Shown in pieces: positions 9,772 through 20,369 of a stretch of DNA of 64,000 nt (positions are counted from its first letter, which is position 1; each line of letters opens with the position of its first letter). Source of the stretch: an uncultured Oscillospiraceae bacterium (GTDB taxonomy: Bacteria; Bacillota; Clostridia; Saccharofermentanales; UBA5734); assembly GCA_964579735.1 (NCBI GenBank), contig CAZOHH010000002.1, positions 4,682-68,681 on the forward strand, given 5' to 3'. The translations under genes were made by a program, and so were the position numbers. The notes beneath the pieces are model-generated. The model was given only the letters and a program-made list of their open reading frames with translations, did not search any database and was not told where the DNA came from.

Positions 9772-9800
9772 ATTGGCCCCCCGAGGCGGTATTCCCAAGT

Positions 9801-9809
9801 ATTATAGCA
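9801..9809 (-). promoter_or_regulatory. Possible extended -10 (TGcTATAAT) upstream of smc
   Basis: Minus strand TGCTATAAT lies 30 nt upstream of the smc ATG. No good -35. It is flanked by the GGGAAT/ATTCCC inverted repeat. Confidence 0.35.
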
Positions 9810-9843
9810 TACCGGGAATCCCCGGGCGCCCCATGGACGGACC

Positions 9844-10539
9844 CTACTGGACAATGCCGAGTGTCTCGAGTGCTGAGGCAGAAGCGGACTGCTCCGCTTC
9901 CTTTTTGCTTCCTCCATTACCGGTACCGCACAAGGAACCGTCTACGAATACTTCAACGGTAAAGGTGCGCTCGTGGACTGGACCTTCCTCGGCAGCGACT
10001 CGATAGGTGATCTTCTTCTGTGGAGTAAAGGACTGGGCGACTTCGATGAGCCGGCTCTTGGCATCGAATCCCAGTCGACCCGCCATGGCTCGCCCGATTC
10101 GGTCCCCATACAGGTGAAGAACGACTGCCTCAGCGGATTCCCAGCCTCCATCGAGGAATACGGCTCCGACAAGAGCTTCCAGTGCATTGGAAAGGTTGGA
10201 CGGCTTCTCGCGTCCACCGGTCGCATCCTCTCCTCGCCCAAGAAGCAGACTGGACCCAAGATCGATTTCGTTGGCCAACCGTGCCTGCATGGCTTCGCAA
10301 ACGAGAAATGCACGAATACGCGTCATGATGCCTTCAGGAAGGCCTTCGCCATGAGCGATCAGGGCATGGGCCACCGTCAAGGAAAACACGGCGTCACCGA
10401 GAAATTCGAGTCTCTCGTTGTCTACCGGTTCCAGATCGGCGTTCTCGTAGGAGAAGGTCTTGTGGACAGAGGCAAGCTTCAGAAGCCCCCTGTCGCGGAA
10501 TCGGTATCCCAGCTTGGTTTCCAGATCGGATCCGCTCAC
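9844..10539 (-). CDS. rnc: Ribonuclease III
   Basis: NERLEFLGDAV RNase III signature plus a C-terminal dsRBD (GSGGSKKEAEQSAS..). Confidence 0.95.
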   Translation of the reverse strand: MSGSDLETKLGYRFRDRGLLKLASVHKTFSYENADLEPVDNERLEFLGDAVFSLTVAHALIAHGEGLPEGIMTRIRAFLVCEAMQARLANEIDLGSSLLLGRGEDATGGREKPSNLSNALEALVGAVFLDGGWESAEAVVLHLYGDRIGRAMAGRLGFDAKSRLIEVAQSFTPQKKITYRVAAEEGPVHERTFTVEVFVDGSLCGTGNGGSKKEAEQSASASALETLGIVQ

Positions 10540-10574
10540 GGCACGCCGCCTCCCCTGTCGTCTAGATGAATCAA

Positions 10575-10599
10575 GAAGCCCCTCGCAAGGAGGGGCTTC
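10575..10599 (-). terminator. Hairpin/terminator after acpP
   Basis: Minus strand GAAGCCCCTC-CTTGC-GAGGGGCTTC followed by TTGATT. Lies between the acpP stop and the rnc start. Confidence 0.5.
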
Positions 10600-10622
10600 C
10601 TGAAAGTCGGCGTCCGAATGGA

Positions 10623-10862
10623 TCAGGTGTTGGCGCGAATGAAGTCGACCGCGTCTCCGACGGTCTTGATCTTTTCGGCATCCTCATCGGGAATCGAGAT
10701 GCTGAACTCCTGCTCCATGGCCATGACCAACTCGACGATGTCGAGGGAGTCGGCGTTGAGGTCATCGATGAAGCTGGACTCCATATTGACGGCGTCTGCT
10801 TCGACACCCAGCTGTTCGACGAGGATGTTCTTGACGGAATCGAAGATTGCATCGCTTGACAT
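10623..10862 (-). CDS. acpP: Acyl carrier protein
   Basis: 79 aa with the [20 protein letters not shown] phosphopantetheine-attachment motif (DSL). Confidence 0.95.
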   Translation of the reverse strand: MSSDAIFDSVKNILVEQLGVEADAVNMESSFIDDLNADSLDIVELVMAMEQEFSISIPDEDAEKIKTVGDAVDFIRANT

Positions 10863-10946
10863 GTATTCTACCTCCTTATTGGTGCGTCAAGTAGTTTGTA
10901 TCCGATACGAGGAAAATTGTCAAGCCTATCAAAGTATTTCGTGCAA

Positions 10947-11564
10947 CTATGTCTCCCGAAGTGCGGCGGCGTGCTTCACGAGGTAGTCGACTCCAGAGTA
11001 GAGCGTGATGAGAACGGCAAGGAGCATTGCGACGCTCGAGAGCGGAACAAGGAACGCGTAGAGATCCTGGACCATCACGAGGAGAATGGCGACGATCTGC
11101 GTGACGGTCTTCACTTTTCCAAGGATGCTGGCCGAAATCACGATTCCCTTGTCGGAGGCCACCATGCGCAATGCGGAAACGACGAATTCACGGAGAAGGA
11201 TCACGATCACCGCTATGGCGCCCACACGTGTGAGCTGTACTAGGGCGACAAGAATCGAGGCGACAAGGATCTTGTCGGCGACAGGGTCGAGAAACTTCCC
11301 GAGGTTGGTGACGATTCCCCGCTTGCGGGCGATCGCACCGTCGAAGGAATCCGTCAGTGCGGCAACCAGGAAGAGGAACGCGGCGACGTAGATCCCGTAG
11401 TCCATCACGAAAATAGTCCAAGTCCCAAGGGGATAGGCAAGAAAAGCAAGTCCGACTGTTCCACCCAGCCAGTTCAGGAAGGTCGGAGAAATCGGCAGCA
11501 TGAAGAGGAGAATGAAAGGGACGAGAAGAATACGGGATATGGTCAGACGATTCGGTAGATTCAC
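10947..11564 (-). CDS. pgsA: CDP-diacylglycerol--glycerol-3-phosphate 3-phosphatidyltransferase
   Basis: MNLPNRLTISRILLVP..DSFDGAIARKRGIVTNLGKFLDPVADK is the CDP-alcohol phosphatidyltransferase motif. Confidence 0.9.
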   Translation of the reverse strand: MNLPNRLTISRILLVPFILLFMLPISPTFLNWLGGTVGLAFLAYPLGTWTIFVMDYGIYVAAFLFLVAALTDSFDGAIARKRGIVTNLGKFLDPVADKILVASILVALVQLTRVGAIAVIVILLREFVVSALRMVASDKGIVISASILGKVKTVTQIVAILLVMVQDLYAFLVPLSSVAMLLAVLITLYSGVDYLVKHAAALRET

Positions 11565-12907
11565 GTGAGGGTTACTCCTGTAAGGTCATACTCCGATGCG
11601 TCGACGATCTTCACTGAAACGATTTCGCCGATGACGAGGGGCCGCGAAGTTCCGGCGATGTGGATCGAGGGGTCGATTTCCGGCGCTTCGCCATGACTTC
11701 GACCTAAGTAGAATACACCATCGGAGTCGACGGATTCAACCAGAACCTGCCGAGTGCTTCCGATGGAAGCCTGACCGATTTCAAGGGATATCCTCTGCTG
11801 CCTCTCCATGACCAGCCGATAACGTCGGGCGGCCGTGCGTGGGTGGACCTTCGGTGTCATCCCGGCTGCCGGAGTGCCCTCTTCCGGCGAGAATATGAAC
11901 GTACCGAGACGGTCGAATCGTACCTCTTCCAGGAATGAGATCAACTCTTCGAACTGAGCCTCCGTTTCGCCGGGAAATCCGACCAGAACCGTGGAACGCA
12001 GAACGATTCCCGGGATTCTCCTCCTCAGGGCGCTGAAAACCTCCAGGAGCTCTTCACGGGAGCCGCGGCGGTTCATGCGCGACAACACTTCGTTCGAAGC
12101 ATGTTGAATAGGCACATCGAGGTAGTGAGCGATCTTGGGATTCGTCGCCATTTCGGATAGGAGGTCTTCATCCAATCCGTCGGGGTATGCGTAGAGGATG
12201 CGCAATTGCCTGATATCATCGAGTCCCGATAGTGCATGAAGGAGCTCGGGCAATCTGCGTCGACCGTATAGATCGAGGCCATATCGCGTCGTATCCTGTG
12301 CGATCAGGACAATCTCGGACGCCCCTTCTGCGGAGAGCCGTCGAGCTTCTTCGAGGATGTCCTCGAAGGGCCGGGACAGGAAGGGTCCTCTGATATCGGG
12401 TATCGCGCAGTAGGCACAGCGGTTCGAGCAACCTTCGGCGATCTTGAGATAGGCATATCCATGGGTCGATGTCCTTCGTCTCGGCCCCAGGTGACCCATC
12501 GGATCTCCTCTGCCGCAATCCGAAAAGCGGGTCGGGTCATCCTGCAGACGTTTCACTGCATCAGCGACGCGGCTATATGCGGACGTGCCGAGGACCGCAT
12601 CGACTTCGGGCATGGTCCTTAGGATTTCCTCAGGGTATCGTTGAGCGAGACAACCCGTCACGATAAGGAAACGACACCGGCCGGCTGGAACTTTCAGTTC
12701 TGCCATGGCGAGAATCGTATCGATCGCTTCCTTCTTTGCGCTTTCAATGAACCCACAGGTGTTGACGACGATCACGTCCGCTTTTTCAGGTTCGGTCACC
12801 AACCGGTATCCGTCTGTCTCCAGGATGCCGGTCATGCACTCCGAATCGACGAGATTCTTCGGGCATCCCAAGGAAACAAGGGCGATATCGGGCCTATTCA
12901 TGTCCAT
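11561..12907 (-). CDS. rimO: Ribosomal protein S12 methylthiotransferase RimO
   Basis: UPF0004 N-domain (LGCPKNLVDSE..VNTCGFI), radical SAM CSNRCAYC, and a C-terminal TRAM domain. Start at ATG 12907 or 12901 preferred to 12958, which has no SD. Confidence 0.85.
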   Translation of the reverse strand: MDMNRPDIALVSLGCPKNLVDSECMTGILETDGYRLVTEPEKADVIVVNTCGFIESAKKEAIDTILAMAELKVPAGRCRFLIVTGCLAQRYPEEILRTMPEVDAVLGTSAYSRVADAVKRLQDDPTRFSDCGRGDPMGHLGPRRRTSTHGYAYLKIAEGCSNRCAYCAIPDIRGPFLSRPFEDILEEARRLSAEGASEIVLIAQDTTRYGLDLYGRRRLPELLHALSGLDDIRQLRILYAYPDGLDEDLLSEMATNPKIAHYLDVPIQHASNEVLSRMNRRGSREELLEVFSALRRRIPGIVLRSTVLVGFPGETEAQFEELISFLEEVRFDRLGTFIFSPEEGTPAAGMTPKVHPRTAARRYRLVMERQQRISLEIGQASIGSTRQVLVESVDSDGVFYLGRSHGEAPEIDPSIHIAGTSRPLVIGEIVSVKIVDASEYDLTGVTLT

Positions 12908-13418
12908 CGAATGGTTCCAGCACCTTCCTGACCTCTTCTTCTGCCGTGTCTGCGTCATAGCCGCGTGCGGCGAGGAAACGGGTCATGCGAGCAGCGAGAG
13001 GGTTCAGCTCTCTCGTGGGCGTCTTGTCGGCGAGCTCGGCGCGGAATTTCACGAGCAGGAGCGTGCTGGCCGATTCGGAATCGCTTGAATACTCTTTCAG
13101 TATATCCTCGGCAACCGACAAGGGAATCCCTCGACGCAACATACGGCCTTTCAAGGCAAAGCGCGACTCTGCGGATCTGCCAGCGGCACCTTTGAAGAGA
13201 CCCATGGCGACGACTCTGTTCTTGATGTAGCCTTCCTCGTCCAATGCAATCACCGTCTCTTTGATGATTGCATTCGGGAACCCTTCTCGAAGAAGTTTCG
13301 CATAGACGGCGCCGGAAGTCTTCGCGGCGATTCCGATATAGGAGATGGCGCGAAAACGAGCCCTTCTCAGCAACGTTTCGTTGGATTCCTGCTCAGGATT
13401 CTCCGAGTCCGAGGACAT
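12894..13418 (-). CDS. recX: Recombination regulator RecX
   Basis: Three-repeat RecX-like helical protein directly after recA. Start ATG 13418 ([10 protein letters not shown]) has a GGAGGAAGAGGAAG SD lying within the recA acidic-tail codons. The track start 13469 is less likely. Confidence 0.8.
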   Translation of the reverse strand: MSSDSENPEQESNETLLRRARFRAISYIGIAAKTSGAVYAKLLREGFPNAIIKETVIALDEEGYIKNRVVAMGLFKGAAGRSAESRFALKGRMLRRGIPLSVAEDILKEYSSDSESASTLLLVKFRAELADKTPTRELNPLAARMTRFLAARGYDADTAEEEVRKVLEPFDGHE

Positions 13419-14526
13419 CGTCTTCCTCTTCCTCCGCATCTCCTGCATCCACGGTCTTGACTGCGCCAACGGGGGCTTTCTTGAACGTCTCTCGAATCCT
13501 CGACTCGATTTCGTCCGTCATTTCCTTGTTGGCTTTCAGGAACAGACGCACGTTGTCCTTGCCCTGACCGATTCGTTGACTCTTGTAAGAGAACCAGGCA
13601 CCGCTCTTGTTGATGATATCGAGGGAGACGGCCAGATCGATCAGACAGCCCTCCTTCGAGATACCTTCCCCGTAGATGATGTCGAACTCGGCCTCCTTGA
13701 ACGGCGGGGCGACTTTGTTCTTGACCACCTTGACGCGCGTGCGGCTTCCGATCACATCGGTCCCGTTGCGCAGGGTCTCCGTCTTGCGGACATCCAATCG
13801 AACGGAGGCGTAGAATTTGAGTGCACGCCCACCAGGCGTGGTCTCCGGGTTTCCGAACATCACGCCGACCTTTTCCCGAAGCTGGTTGATGAAGATCGCG
13901 ACCGTGTTGGACTTGCTGATGATGCCTGCAAGCTTTCGAAGAGCCTGGGACATCAGCCTCGCCTGCAGGCCGACGTGGGAATCGCCCATCTCGCCATCGA
14001 TTTCTGCTTTTGGAACCAGCGCCGCGACGGAGTCGATGACGATCACGTCGATTGCACCGCTTCGGACGAGCGCTTCCGTGATTTCAAGCGCCTGCTCCCC
14101 GGTGTCGGGTTGGGAAATGATCAGGTTGTCGATGTCGACGCCGAGTTTCGCGGCATAGGCAGGATCGAGGGCGTGTTCGGCATCGATGAAGGCGGCGGTG
14201 CCGCCGGCCTTCTGCGCTTCTGCAACGATATGCAGGGCCACGGTGGTCTTGCCCGAGGATTCAGGCCCGAAGATCTCGACGACGCGGCCGCGCGGGACGC
14301 CGCCGACCCCAAGGGCGATATCGAGGGTGATCGCACCGGTCCGGATCGCCTCGATGGTGGTATCGGGTCGATCGCCCATCTTCATCGCGGCACCCTTGCC
14401 GAATTGCTTCTCGATCTGGCCGAGAGCGATGTCGAGAGCCCGTGCACGATCCGCTGCGACGCGGCTGAGTTCGGGACCGGCCTTGCCTGGGTTCTTCTCG
14501 GACTGGGACCTGTTGTTGAATGCCAT
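13393..14526 (-). CDS. recA: Recombinase RecA
   Basis: GPESSGKTT Walker [10 protein letters not shown], and an acidic C-terminal tail ([11 protein letters not shown]). Confidence 0.97.
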   Translation of the reverse strand: MAFNNRSQSEKNPGKAGPELSRVAADRARALDIALGQIEKQFGKGAAMKMGDRPDTTIEAIRTGAITLDIALGVGGVPRGRVVEIFGPESSGKTTVALHIVAEAQKAGGTAAFIDAEHALDPAYAAKLGVDIDNLIISQPDTGEQALEITEALVRSGAIDVIVIDSVAALVPKAEIDGEMGDSHVGLQARLMSQALRKLAGIISKSNTVAIFINQLREKVGVMFGNPETTPGGRALKFYASVRLDVRKTETLRNGTDVIGSRTRVKVVKNKVAPPFKEAEFDIIYGEGISKEGCLIDLAVSLDIINKSGAWFSYKSQRIGQGKDNVRLFLKANKEMTDEIESRIRETFKKAPVGAVKTVDAGDAEEEEDDVLGLGES

Positions 14527-14541
14527 GGAAGAATCCTCCTA

Positions 14542-14556
14542 CCGAACATTTGTTCT
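14542..14556 (-). promoter_or_regulatory. LexA (Cheo/SOS) box
   Basis: Minus strand AGAACAAATGTTCGG contains GAAC-N4-GTTC (Gram-positive LexA consensus CGAACnnnnGTTCG). It lies between the -10 and the SD of recA. Confidence 0.6.
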
Positions 14557-14562
14557 TATTTG

Positions 14563-14591
14563 ATTATAAGGAAAGGCATCGACATCGTCAA
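14563..14591 (-). promoter_or_regulatory. recA promoter (-35 TTGACG, 17 bp, -10 TATAAT)
   Basis: Minus strand TTGACG(14591..14586)-ATGTCGATGCCTTTCCT-TATAAT(14568..14563), 36 nt upstream of the ATG. Confidence 0.6.
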
Positions 14592-14607
14592 CCACCGATG
14601 CGACGAT

Positions 14608-16263
14608 TCATCCGTCAAGTGGGGGTGTTTTCGACGATTTGCCGACGAATCGGCGGTTCAGACGTTCCAACGTCCCACGGACCTCGGGAAGACCCAACAG
14701 GAACGCGATGCCGAGATATGCGACCGCACCGATGCTCACGCGGATTCCGATCCATAGGAACTGCGCGACCTTGGATGCAGGTTCGATCGGAACGAGTCCG
14801 GCTAGAAAGATGGCGGCTCCAGCGGCGATCGTGGACAGGGACGATTTCACGAGGAAGGGGGTCAGTGGCTTGGGAGCATGTTGGGAATGCCGCGTGCGTA
14901 GACGGACATATAGGAATACTGCGGAAAGCACACTGGATATGGAGTATGCGAGGGACATCCCTGCGACTCCCAGATTCGTGGACGCGGTGAAAGCGAGGCA
15001 AAGGAGGACGTTGGAAGCAAGCGACAGGATGCCGGCAGCCAGAGGGATCCTGGTCTTTCCCATCGAATAGTAGGTCATGTTCATCAGGAAGACGAAAGTG
15101 TGGCTGATGATGGCGACGGAGTAGAATGCGAGGACCTCGGCGGTCAGAAGGACCGAGGCCTGCGACATCCCGTCGTTCCATTGGAAAAGCGCACGGATGA
15201 TGTCCTGTCGGAGCAGCAGGACCAACATGGCAGAGGGTACGGTCAGGAAGAGGGCGCCACGAAGACTACCGGTAAGCATTCGACGGAAGTCGGGTGCGTC
15301 CCCGGCTGCATATCGAGCGGAAAGGGATGGCAGCATGGCGGTTCCGACCGCGACGGCGAAGATTCCGTATGGGAGCTGCCAGATGGTGATGGCCAGATTC
15401 ATGGCACTGACCGAGCCTGCATCGAACCGGTTGGCGAAAGCGGAGAGGACGATCAGGTTGACCTGGATGATGGAGGCGGAGAAGATCGTGGGGATCGCCG
15501 TTCGGACGATACGGCGGAATCCTTCGTCGCGATGATCGAGCGAGGGGAGGTAATGCGAGAATTCCTTTCGCGCGAGGATGAACTGGAATGTGAAATATCC
15601 CGCGGCACTCAGCAGGATGCCGCCCGCAGTGCGGACGACTGCCGAGGCGTCGGGAGCACCGAGAAGGATGAGGCTGACCATGCAACCGATGTTGTAGATC
15701 GCTGGCCCCCATGCGGAGGCGCCGAATCGACGGTAGGCGTTCAGGATGCCGATGCTGAGTCCGGCGAGCATGATATAGACGACGGAGGGGAAAAGGACAC
15801 GCGAAACCTCGGTCGACAGGGAGACGACAAGGGCGGACCGTGGGCCGGCGAGGAGAGGGAGCAACCATCCGATGGTCAATTCGCCGAGAATGACGGTCAC
15901 GGCCATGAGAATCAGTGTGTAGTTCATGAAGATGCTGACACTGCGCCAGCCCGACTTCTCTTCACCGCGCTCCAGACTCCCTGCGAGGAAAGGCGTGAGG
16001 GCCGCCTGGATGGAGCCTCCGACCAGAAGCTGGAACATCAGGTCGGGGATCTGGAACCCCAGGAAATAGGCATCCGACAGGTCCCCCATTCCGAACTGCG
16101 CTGGGATGAGCATCTGCCGGAAGTATCCGGTGAGTCGGCTCAGGATCAGGGAAGTCATCAATATCGCGGCCGCACCCGCGATATTGTGTCGGCGCGCTGG
16201 CTCTTGCCGAGCGGAATCAGGCGCTGGAGGTGCCGCGTCCGGAACCACGGGGTTCCGGCTCAC
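14608..16263 (-). CDS. murJ: Lipid II flippase MurJ (MviN family)
   Basis: 551 aa polytopic membrane protein; N-terminus LILSRLTGYFRQMLIPAQFGMGDLSDAYFLGFQIPDL is typical of MurJ/MviN. Confidence 0.85.
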   Translation of the reverse strand: MSRNPVVPDAAPPAPDSARQEPARRHNIAGAAAILMTSLILSRLTGYFRQMLIPAQFGMGDLSDAYFLGFQIPDLMFQLLVGGSIQAALTPFLAGSLERGEEKSGWRSVSIFMNYTLILMAVTVILGELTIGWLLPLLAGPRSALVVSLSTEVSRVLFPSVVYIMLAGLSIGILNAYRRFGASAWGPAIYNIGCMVSLILLGAPDASAVVRTAGGILLSAAGYFTFQFILARKEFSHYLPSLDHRDEGFRRIVRTAIPTIFSASIIQVNLIVLSAFANRFDAGSVSAMNLAITIWQLPYGIFAVAVGTAMLPSLSARYAAGDAPDFRRMLTGSLRGALFLTVPSAMLVLLLRQDIIRALFQWNDGMSQASVLLTAEVLAFYSVAIISHTFVFLMNMTYYSMGKTRIPLAAGILSLASNVLLCLAFTASTNLGVAGMSLAYSISSVLSAVFLYVRLRTRHSQHAPKPLTPFLVKSSLSTIAAGAAIFLAGLVPIEPASKVAQFLWIGIRVSIGAVAYLGIAFLLGLPEVRGTLERLNRRFVGKSSKTPPLDG

Positions 16264-17540
16264 CGAAGGAGCCTCCGACGAATCATGTCAAGGGCGTTGA
16301 GTGCCGAGACATAGCGGATCCGCTCACGGCTGCCGAAGTTGTGCAAGGTCCGGACCTCGACGCCATCGGCATCCGCGAGAGCCAGATGGACGAGCCCGAC
16401 GGGCTTCGTATCGGTTGCCCCCCCGGGTCCGGCGATGCCGGTCACCGCGACAGCGAGGTCGGATCCGAAGCGTACCCTGCATCCCTTTGCCATGGCGATC
16501 GCACATTCTTCGCTCACGGCACCCTGTTCGAGGAGGATTCCGGCCGGGACGTCCAGCATCGCGCGCTTGACGTCGTCCGAGTAGGCGATGATGCCGCCGA
16601 GAAGAGAACGACTCGCGCCGGGAACGGAAGCGAACATCGAAGCGGCCATGCCGGCCGTGCAGGACTCGGCGAACGACACCGTCCTTCCCTTCGAGACGGC
16701 AAGGTCGACGGCGACTTCGGGCATCGTGCGCGAACCCGTTTCGTAGATATACTCGCCGAGGCGGCGGCGGACCTCGTCGACCAACGGGGGGCGCAAGTCG
16801 GGTTCCGTGTCGTTTTCCACTCGCTGGGTGATGCGGAACATGACTTCACCATCCGAGCAGTAGGGGGCTATGGTCGGGTTGGTCTGGGCGGTGATGAGGT
16901 CCGATAGGAGATGCTCCGCCCTGGATTCGCCGATTCCGATCATTCGCAGATAGGTCGAACGGAAGTGGAAGGGGGATCTCTCCGTCAGATAGGATGCGGC
17001 CTGCGCTTCGAACATGGCCTGCAGCTCCCCTGGCGGACCAGGGAACAGGAGAAGCGCGGAAGGTCCCGCTGCGTCGTCCGGCAATTCGATCAGGCACCCA
17101 GGAGCGGTACCCCGGCCGTTCGGGAATACGATGCAGCCTTCGGGCAACATCGCCTGCTTCCGGTTGTTGTCCGTCAGCGGTCGGTTCAGGCGTGCGGCGA
17201 TGGATTCGATGGCTTGGAGGCTAGGTGCATGCAGCTGAAGAGCGCGACCGGAGAACCGAGCCGCGCAGGCCATGGTGATGTCATCGGCGGTCGGACCCAG
17301 CCCACCCGTCAGGAGCACGCAGCCCGAGCGGGCGACCGCGATGCGGATCGCCTCCACGAGACGGTCGGGGTTGTCGCCGACGACCGACTGATGGTAGGAA
17401 GGAATTCCGATTTCCGAGAGTCTTCGGGCGAGAAAGGCCGCATCGGTGTTGACGACCTGCCCCATGAGCAGTTCGGTCCCTACGGACAGGATCTCGCACG
17501 AGCGGAACGGCTTGTTCGTCCGAATACCGGATTCGGTCAT
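16260..17540 (-). CDS. cinA: Competence/damage-inducible protein CinA (MoCF-binding + PncC deamidase domains)
   Basis: CEILSVGTELLMGQVVNTDAAFLARRL N-terminus and a C-terminal CinA/PncC domain (ESCTAGM..GIAGPGG). Confidence 0.9.
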   Translation of the reverse strand: MTESGIRTNKPFRSCEILSVGTELLMGQVVNTDAAFLARRLSEIGIPSYHQSVVGDNPDRLVEAIRIAVARSGCVLLTGGLGPTADDITMACAARFSGRALQLHAPSLQAIESIAARLNRPLTDNNRKQAMLPEGCIVFPNGRGTAPGCLIELPDDAAGPSALLLFPGPPGELQAMFEAQAASYLTERSPFHFRSTYLRMIGIGESRAEHLLSDLITAQTNPTIAPYCSDGEVMFRITQRVENDTEPDLRPPLVDEVRRRLGEYIYETGSRTMPEVAVDLAVSKGRTVSFAESCTAGMAASMFASVPGASRSLLGGIIAYSDDVKRAMLDVPAGILLEQGAVSEECAIAMAKGCRVRFGSDLAVAVTGIAGPGGATDTKPVGLVHLALADADGVEVRTLHNFGSRERIRYVSALNALDMIRRRLLR

Positions 17541-17549
17541 GTTCTTCCC

Positions 17550-18407
17550 TCAGCTGGCCTTCATGGCCCGGCGATAGGCATCCAGCGTGTTCTTGAGCAG
17601 CATGGCGATGGTCATCGGTCCTACTCCGTTCGGGACCGGCGTGACGGCGCCCGCGACTTCGACGACGCTTTCGAAGTCGACATCACCGACGACTTTCCCC
17701 TCCTCGTTGCGGTTGATGCCGACATCGACGACGACGGCACCCGGCTTGATCCAATCCCCCTTGACGAACTTCGGTCTGCCGATGGCTACGATGACGATAT
17801 CGGCTCTACGCACGACCCCCGGAAGGTCCTTCGTGCGGGAATGGCAGATCGTGACCGTGCCGTGGGCCTTCAGCAGGAGTTGGGCGATCGGCTTTCCAAC
17901 GATGTTGCTGCGTCCGATGACGACGCATTCCTTCCCTGCGACTTCGATGCCGGCGCGACGAAGCATTTCCATGCAGCCAGCCGGTGTGCAGGACACAAGT
18001 GCATCCCGCCCGAGGGACAGAAGTCCGACGTTCACGGGGTGCAGCCCATCGACATCCTTATTGGGGTCGATGGCGCAGGTGATCCTGAATTCATCGAGAT
18101 GCTTCGGGAGCGGAAGCTGGCATAGGATGCCGTCGACATTCGGGTCCTGGTTGAGCGTGTCGACGAGATCGAGCAGTTCCTTTTCGGAAACGTCCGCTGG
18201 CAGTTCGTATCCGAACGACTTCATCCCGCACTCGACCGTAGCCTTCTTCTTGTTCCGCACGTAGATCGAGGAACCGGGGTCCTCTCCGACGAGTATGACG
18301 GCAAGTCCTGGAACCCGCGTGCCTTCACCGAGCTGTGCGACCTGCTGCTGGATCTCCATTCGAATCGTTTCTGCTGTTTCCTTGCCACGAATCACCAATG
18401 CGCTCAT
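17550..18407 (-). CDS. folD: Bifunctional methylenetetrahydrofolate dehydrogenase/cyclohydrolase
   Basis: [43 protein letters not shown] are FolD signatures. Confidence 0.95.
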   Translation of the reverse strand: MSALVIRGKETAETIRMEIQQQVAQLGEGTRVPGLAVILVGEDPGSSIYVRNKKKATVECGMKSFGYELPADVSEKELLDLVDTLNQDPNVDGILCQLPLPKHLDEFRITCAIDPNKDVDGLHPVNVGLLSLGRDALVSCTPAGCMEMLRRAGIEVAGKECVVIGRSNIVGKPIAQLLLKAHGTVTICHSRTKDLPGVVRRADIVIVAIGRPKFVKGDWIKPGAVVVDVGINRNEEGKVVGDVDFESVVEVAGAVTPVPNGVGPMTIAMLLKNTLDAYRRAMKAS

Positions 18408-20368
18408 CTTCTTCGATTCCTCCTATTGTCGTTCATCTTGCCGTTTCCATCTTCTGGTCTATCCGTATGGGATGGAGGAGCGTTTCCTCCGGGTCTCAGC
18501 AGGCATTCGGGACCGAATCCGATCAGATCCTCGCGTCCAGCCCTGCGCAAAGCCTCCTCGACCAGAGGACGGTTGGCTGGCTTGGTGTATTGAAGCAGGG
18601 CGCGTTGCAGCACCTTCTCCCGTTCATCGGGGATGTGGACCTCCTCCAGGGTAAAAGGATCGAGGCCGGTCCAGTACATGCTGGTCGAAGCCGTACCGGG
18701 AGTCGGGTAGAAATCCTGGACCTGTTCGGGGACCACGCCTTGTTCGCGAAGCGCCTCCGCGAGAAGAATGGCGTCCGCCAGCGCGCTGCCGGGATGACCC
18801 GACATCAAGTATGGCACGAGGTACTGCTCCTTGCCGATCCTGCGGTTCATGTCGTAGAAGTCCCTGCGGAACTTCTCGTATGCTTCGGGACCGGGCTTCC
18901 CCATCAAGGCGAGGACACCGGGAGAGACATGCTCCGGAGCGACCTTGAGCTGGCCGCTCACGTGGTGTTCGCAGAGTTCCTCGAGGAAAGACGGATCCTT
19001 GTCCATCTGCAGGTAGTCGTAGCGGATTCCCGACCGGATGAAGACCTTCTTGACGCCCGGGAGGCATCGCACCTTGCGCAGGAGTTCGATGTATTCGGCG
19101 TGATCGGCGCGAAGGGATGGGCATGGCGTCGGAGCGAGGCAGCGCCGGGTCCTGCAGACGCCCCCCCTCCCCTGCATCTCGCAGGGCGTGGCGCGGAAAT
19201 TGGCCGTCGGGCCTCCTACATCGTGGATGTAGCCCTTGAAGTCGGGGTCATGCGTCATGGCTTCCGCTTCTCGTACGACGGAATCGGCGCTTCTGCGCTG
19301 GACCAGACGCCCCTGATGCAGGGTGATGGCGCAGAAGGAGCAACCGCCGAAGCAGCCTCTATGGCTCGTGATGCTGAAACGAACCTCCTCGAGCGACGGC
19401 ACGCCCCGCGGACCATACATGGGGTGGGCACGACGCTCATAGGGGAGCGCATGGACCTCATCCAGCTCCTTCATCCCCATTGGTTTCTGAGGTGGGTTCT
19501 GCACCAGGTAGCGTGCTCCGTGCGCCTGAACGAGCGTGCGGCCTTCCAAAGGGTCCTGCTCGTAGAACTGGTACCGGAAGGCGACGGAATAGGCAAGCGA
19601 ATCTCCGGCGGTCTCTTCGAAAGATGGAAGAAGCGTGTGACTTCCATCGTCGGGCAGGATACGGCCGAGAAGCTGCCTGCGCGTCTTCGAGGAGGCGTTG
19701 AGGCGGAAGTCCGCATTGGATTCGACGAATTCGGCAAGAGCTCTGGGCATCGACTCCGTCTTCACGAGGACACAGGTCCCGCGGAGGTTCACGATACGCT
19801 GGACCGATACTCCCTTTCGAAGAAGCTCTGCGATTTCAACGACGGGCTTCTCCCCCATTCCATAAACGAGGATGTCGGCTCTCGTGTCTTGTAGGATGCT
19901 GCGTCGGACTTCGCCCGCCCAGTAGTCATAATGGGCGAATCGGCGCAGGCTTCCCTCGACGCCGCCGAGAATGAGCGGCATCTTCTCTCCGAACTGGGTC
20001 CGGACCAGGTTGCAATAGCGGGTCAGGGCGCGATCGGGACGCCGGCCGGAAGCACCGCCCGGGGAGTAACGGTCGTCGCTGCGACGTCGCTTCGCCGCCG
20101 TGTAGTTGTCGACCATCGAATCGACCACGCCGGACGTGACCATGACGCCGAGTTTCGGCACGCCGAAGATCTTGAGACAATCCTTGACTTGAACATCGGG
20201 TTGGGCGAGAACGCCGACCCGGAAGCCGCGCGACTCCAGAACGCGCGTGATGACCGCGGTCCCGAAGGACGGATGGTCCACATAGGCATCGCCGGTGATG
20301 AACAGGAAATCGAGGGCATCCCAGCCTCTCGATTCCATCTCCTCTCGATTGACCGGGAGAAAAGGCAT
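18404..20368 (-). CDS. ygiQ: YgiQ-family radical SAM protein (UPF0313)
   Basis: [36 protein letters not shown] is the characteristic YgiQ N-terminus. Radical SAM cluster motif CFGGCSFC. Confidence 0.85.
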   Translation of the reverse strand: MPFLPVNREEMESRGWDALDFLFITGDAYVDHPSFGTAVITRVLESRGFRVGVLAQPDVQVKDCLKIFGVPKLGVMVTSGVVDSMVDNYTAAKRRRSDDRYSPGGASGRRPDRALTRYCNLVRTQFGEKMPLILGGVEGSLRRFAHYDYWAGEVRRSILQDTRADILVYGMGEKPVVEIAELLRKGVSVQRIVNLRGTCVLVKTESMPRALAEFVESNADFRLNASSKTRRQLLGRILPDDGSHTLLPSFEETAGDSLAYSVAFRYQFYEQDPLEGRTLVQAHGARYLVQNPPQKPMGMKELDEVHALPYERRAHPMYGPRGVPSLEEVRFSITSHRGCFGGCSFCAITLHQGRLVQRRSADSVVREAEAMTHDPDFKGYIHDVGGPTANFRATPCEMQGRGGVCRTRRCLAPTPCPSLRADHAEYIELLRKVRCLPGVKKVFIRSGIRYDYLQMDKDPSFLEELCEHHVSGQLKVAPEHVSPGVLALMGKPGPEAYEKFRRDFYDMNRRIGKEQYLVPYLMSGHPGSALADAILLAEALREQGVVPEQVQDFYPTPGTASTSMYWTGLDPFTLEEVHIPDEREKVLQRALLQYTKPANRPLVEEALRRAGREDLIGFGPECLLRPGGNAPPSHTDRPEDGNGKMNDNRRNRRR

Positions 20369-20369
20369 G

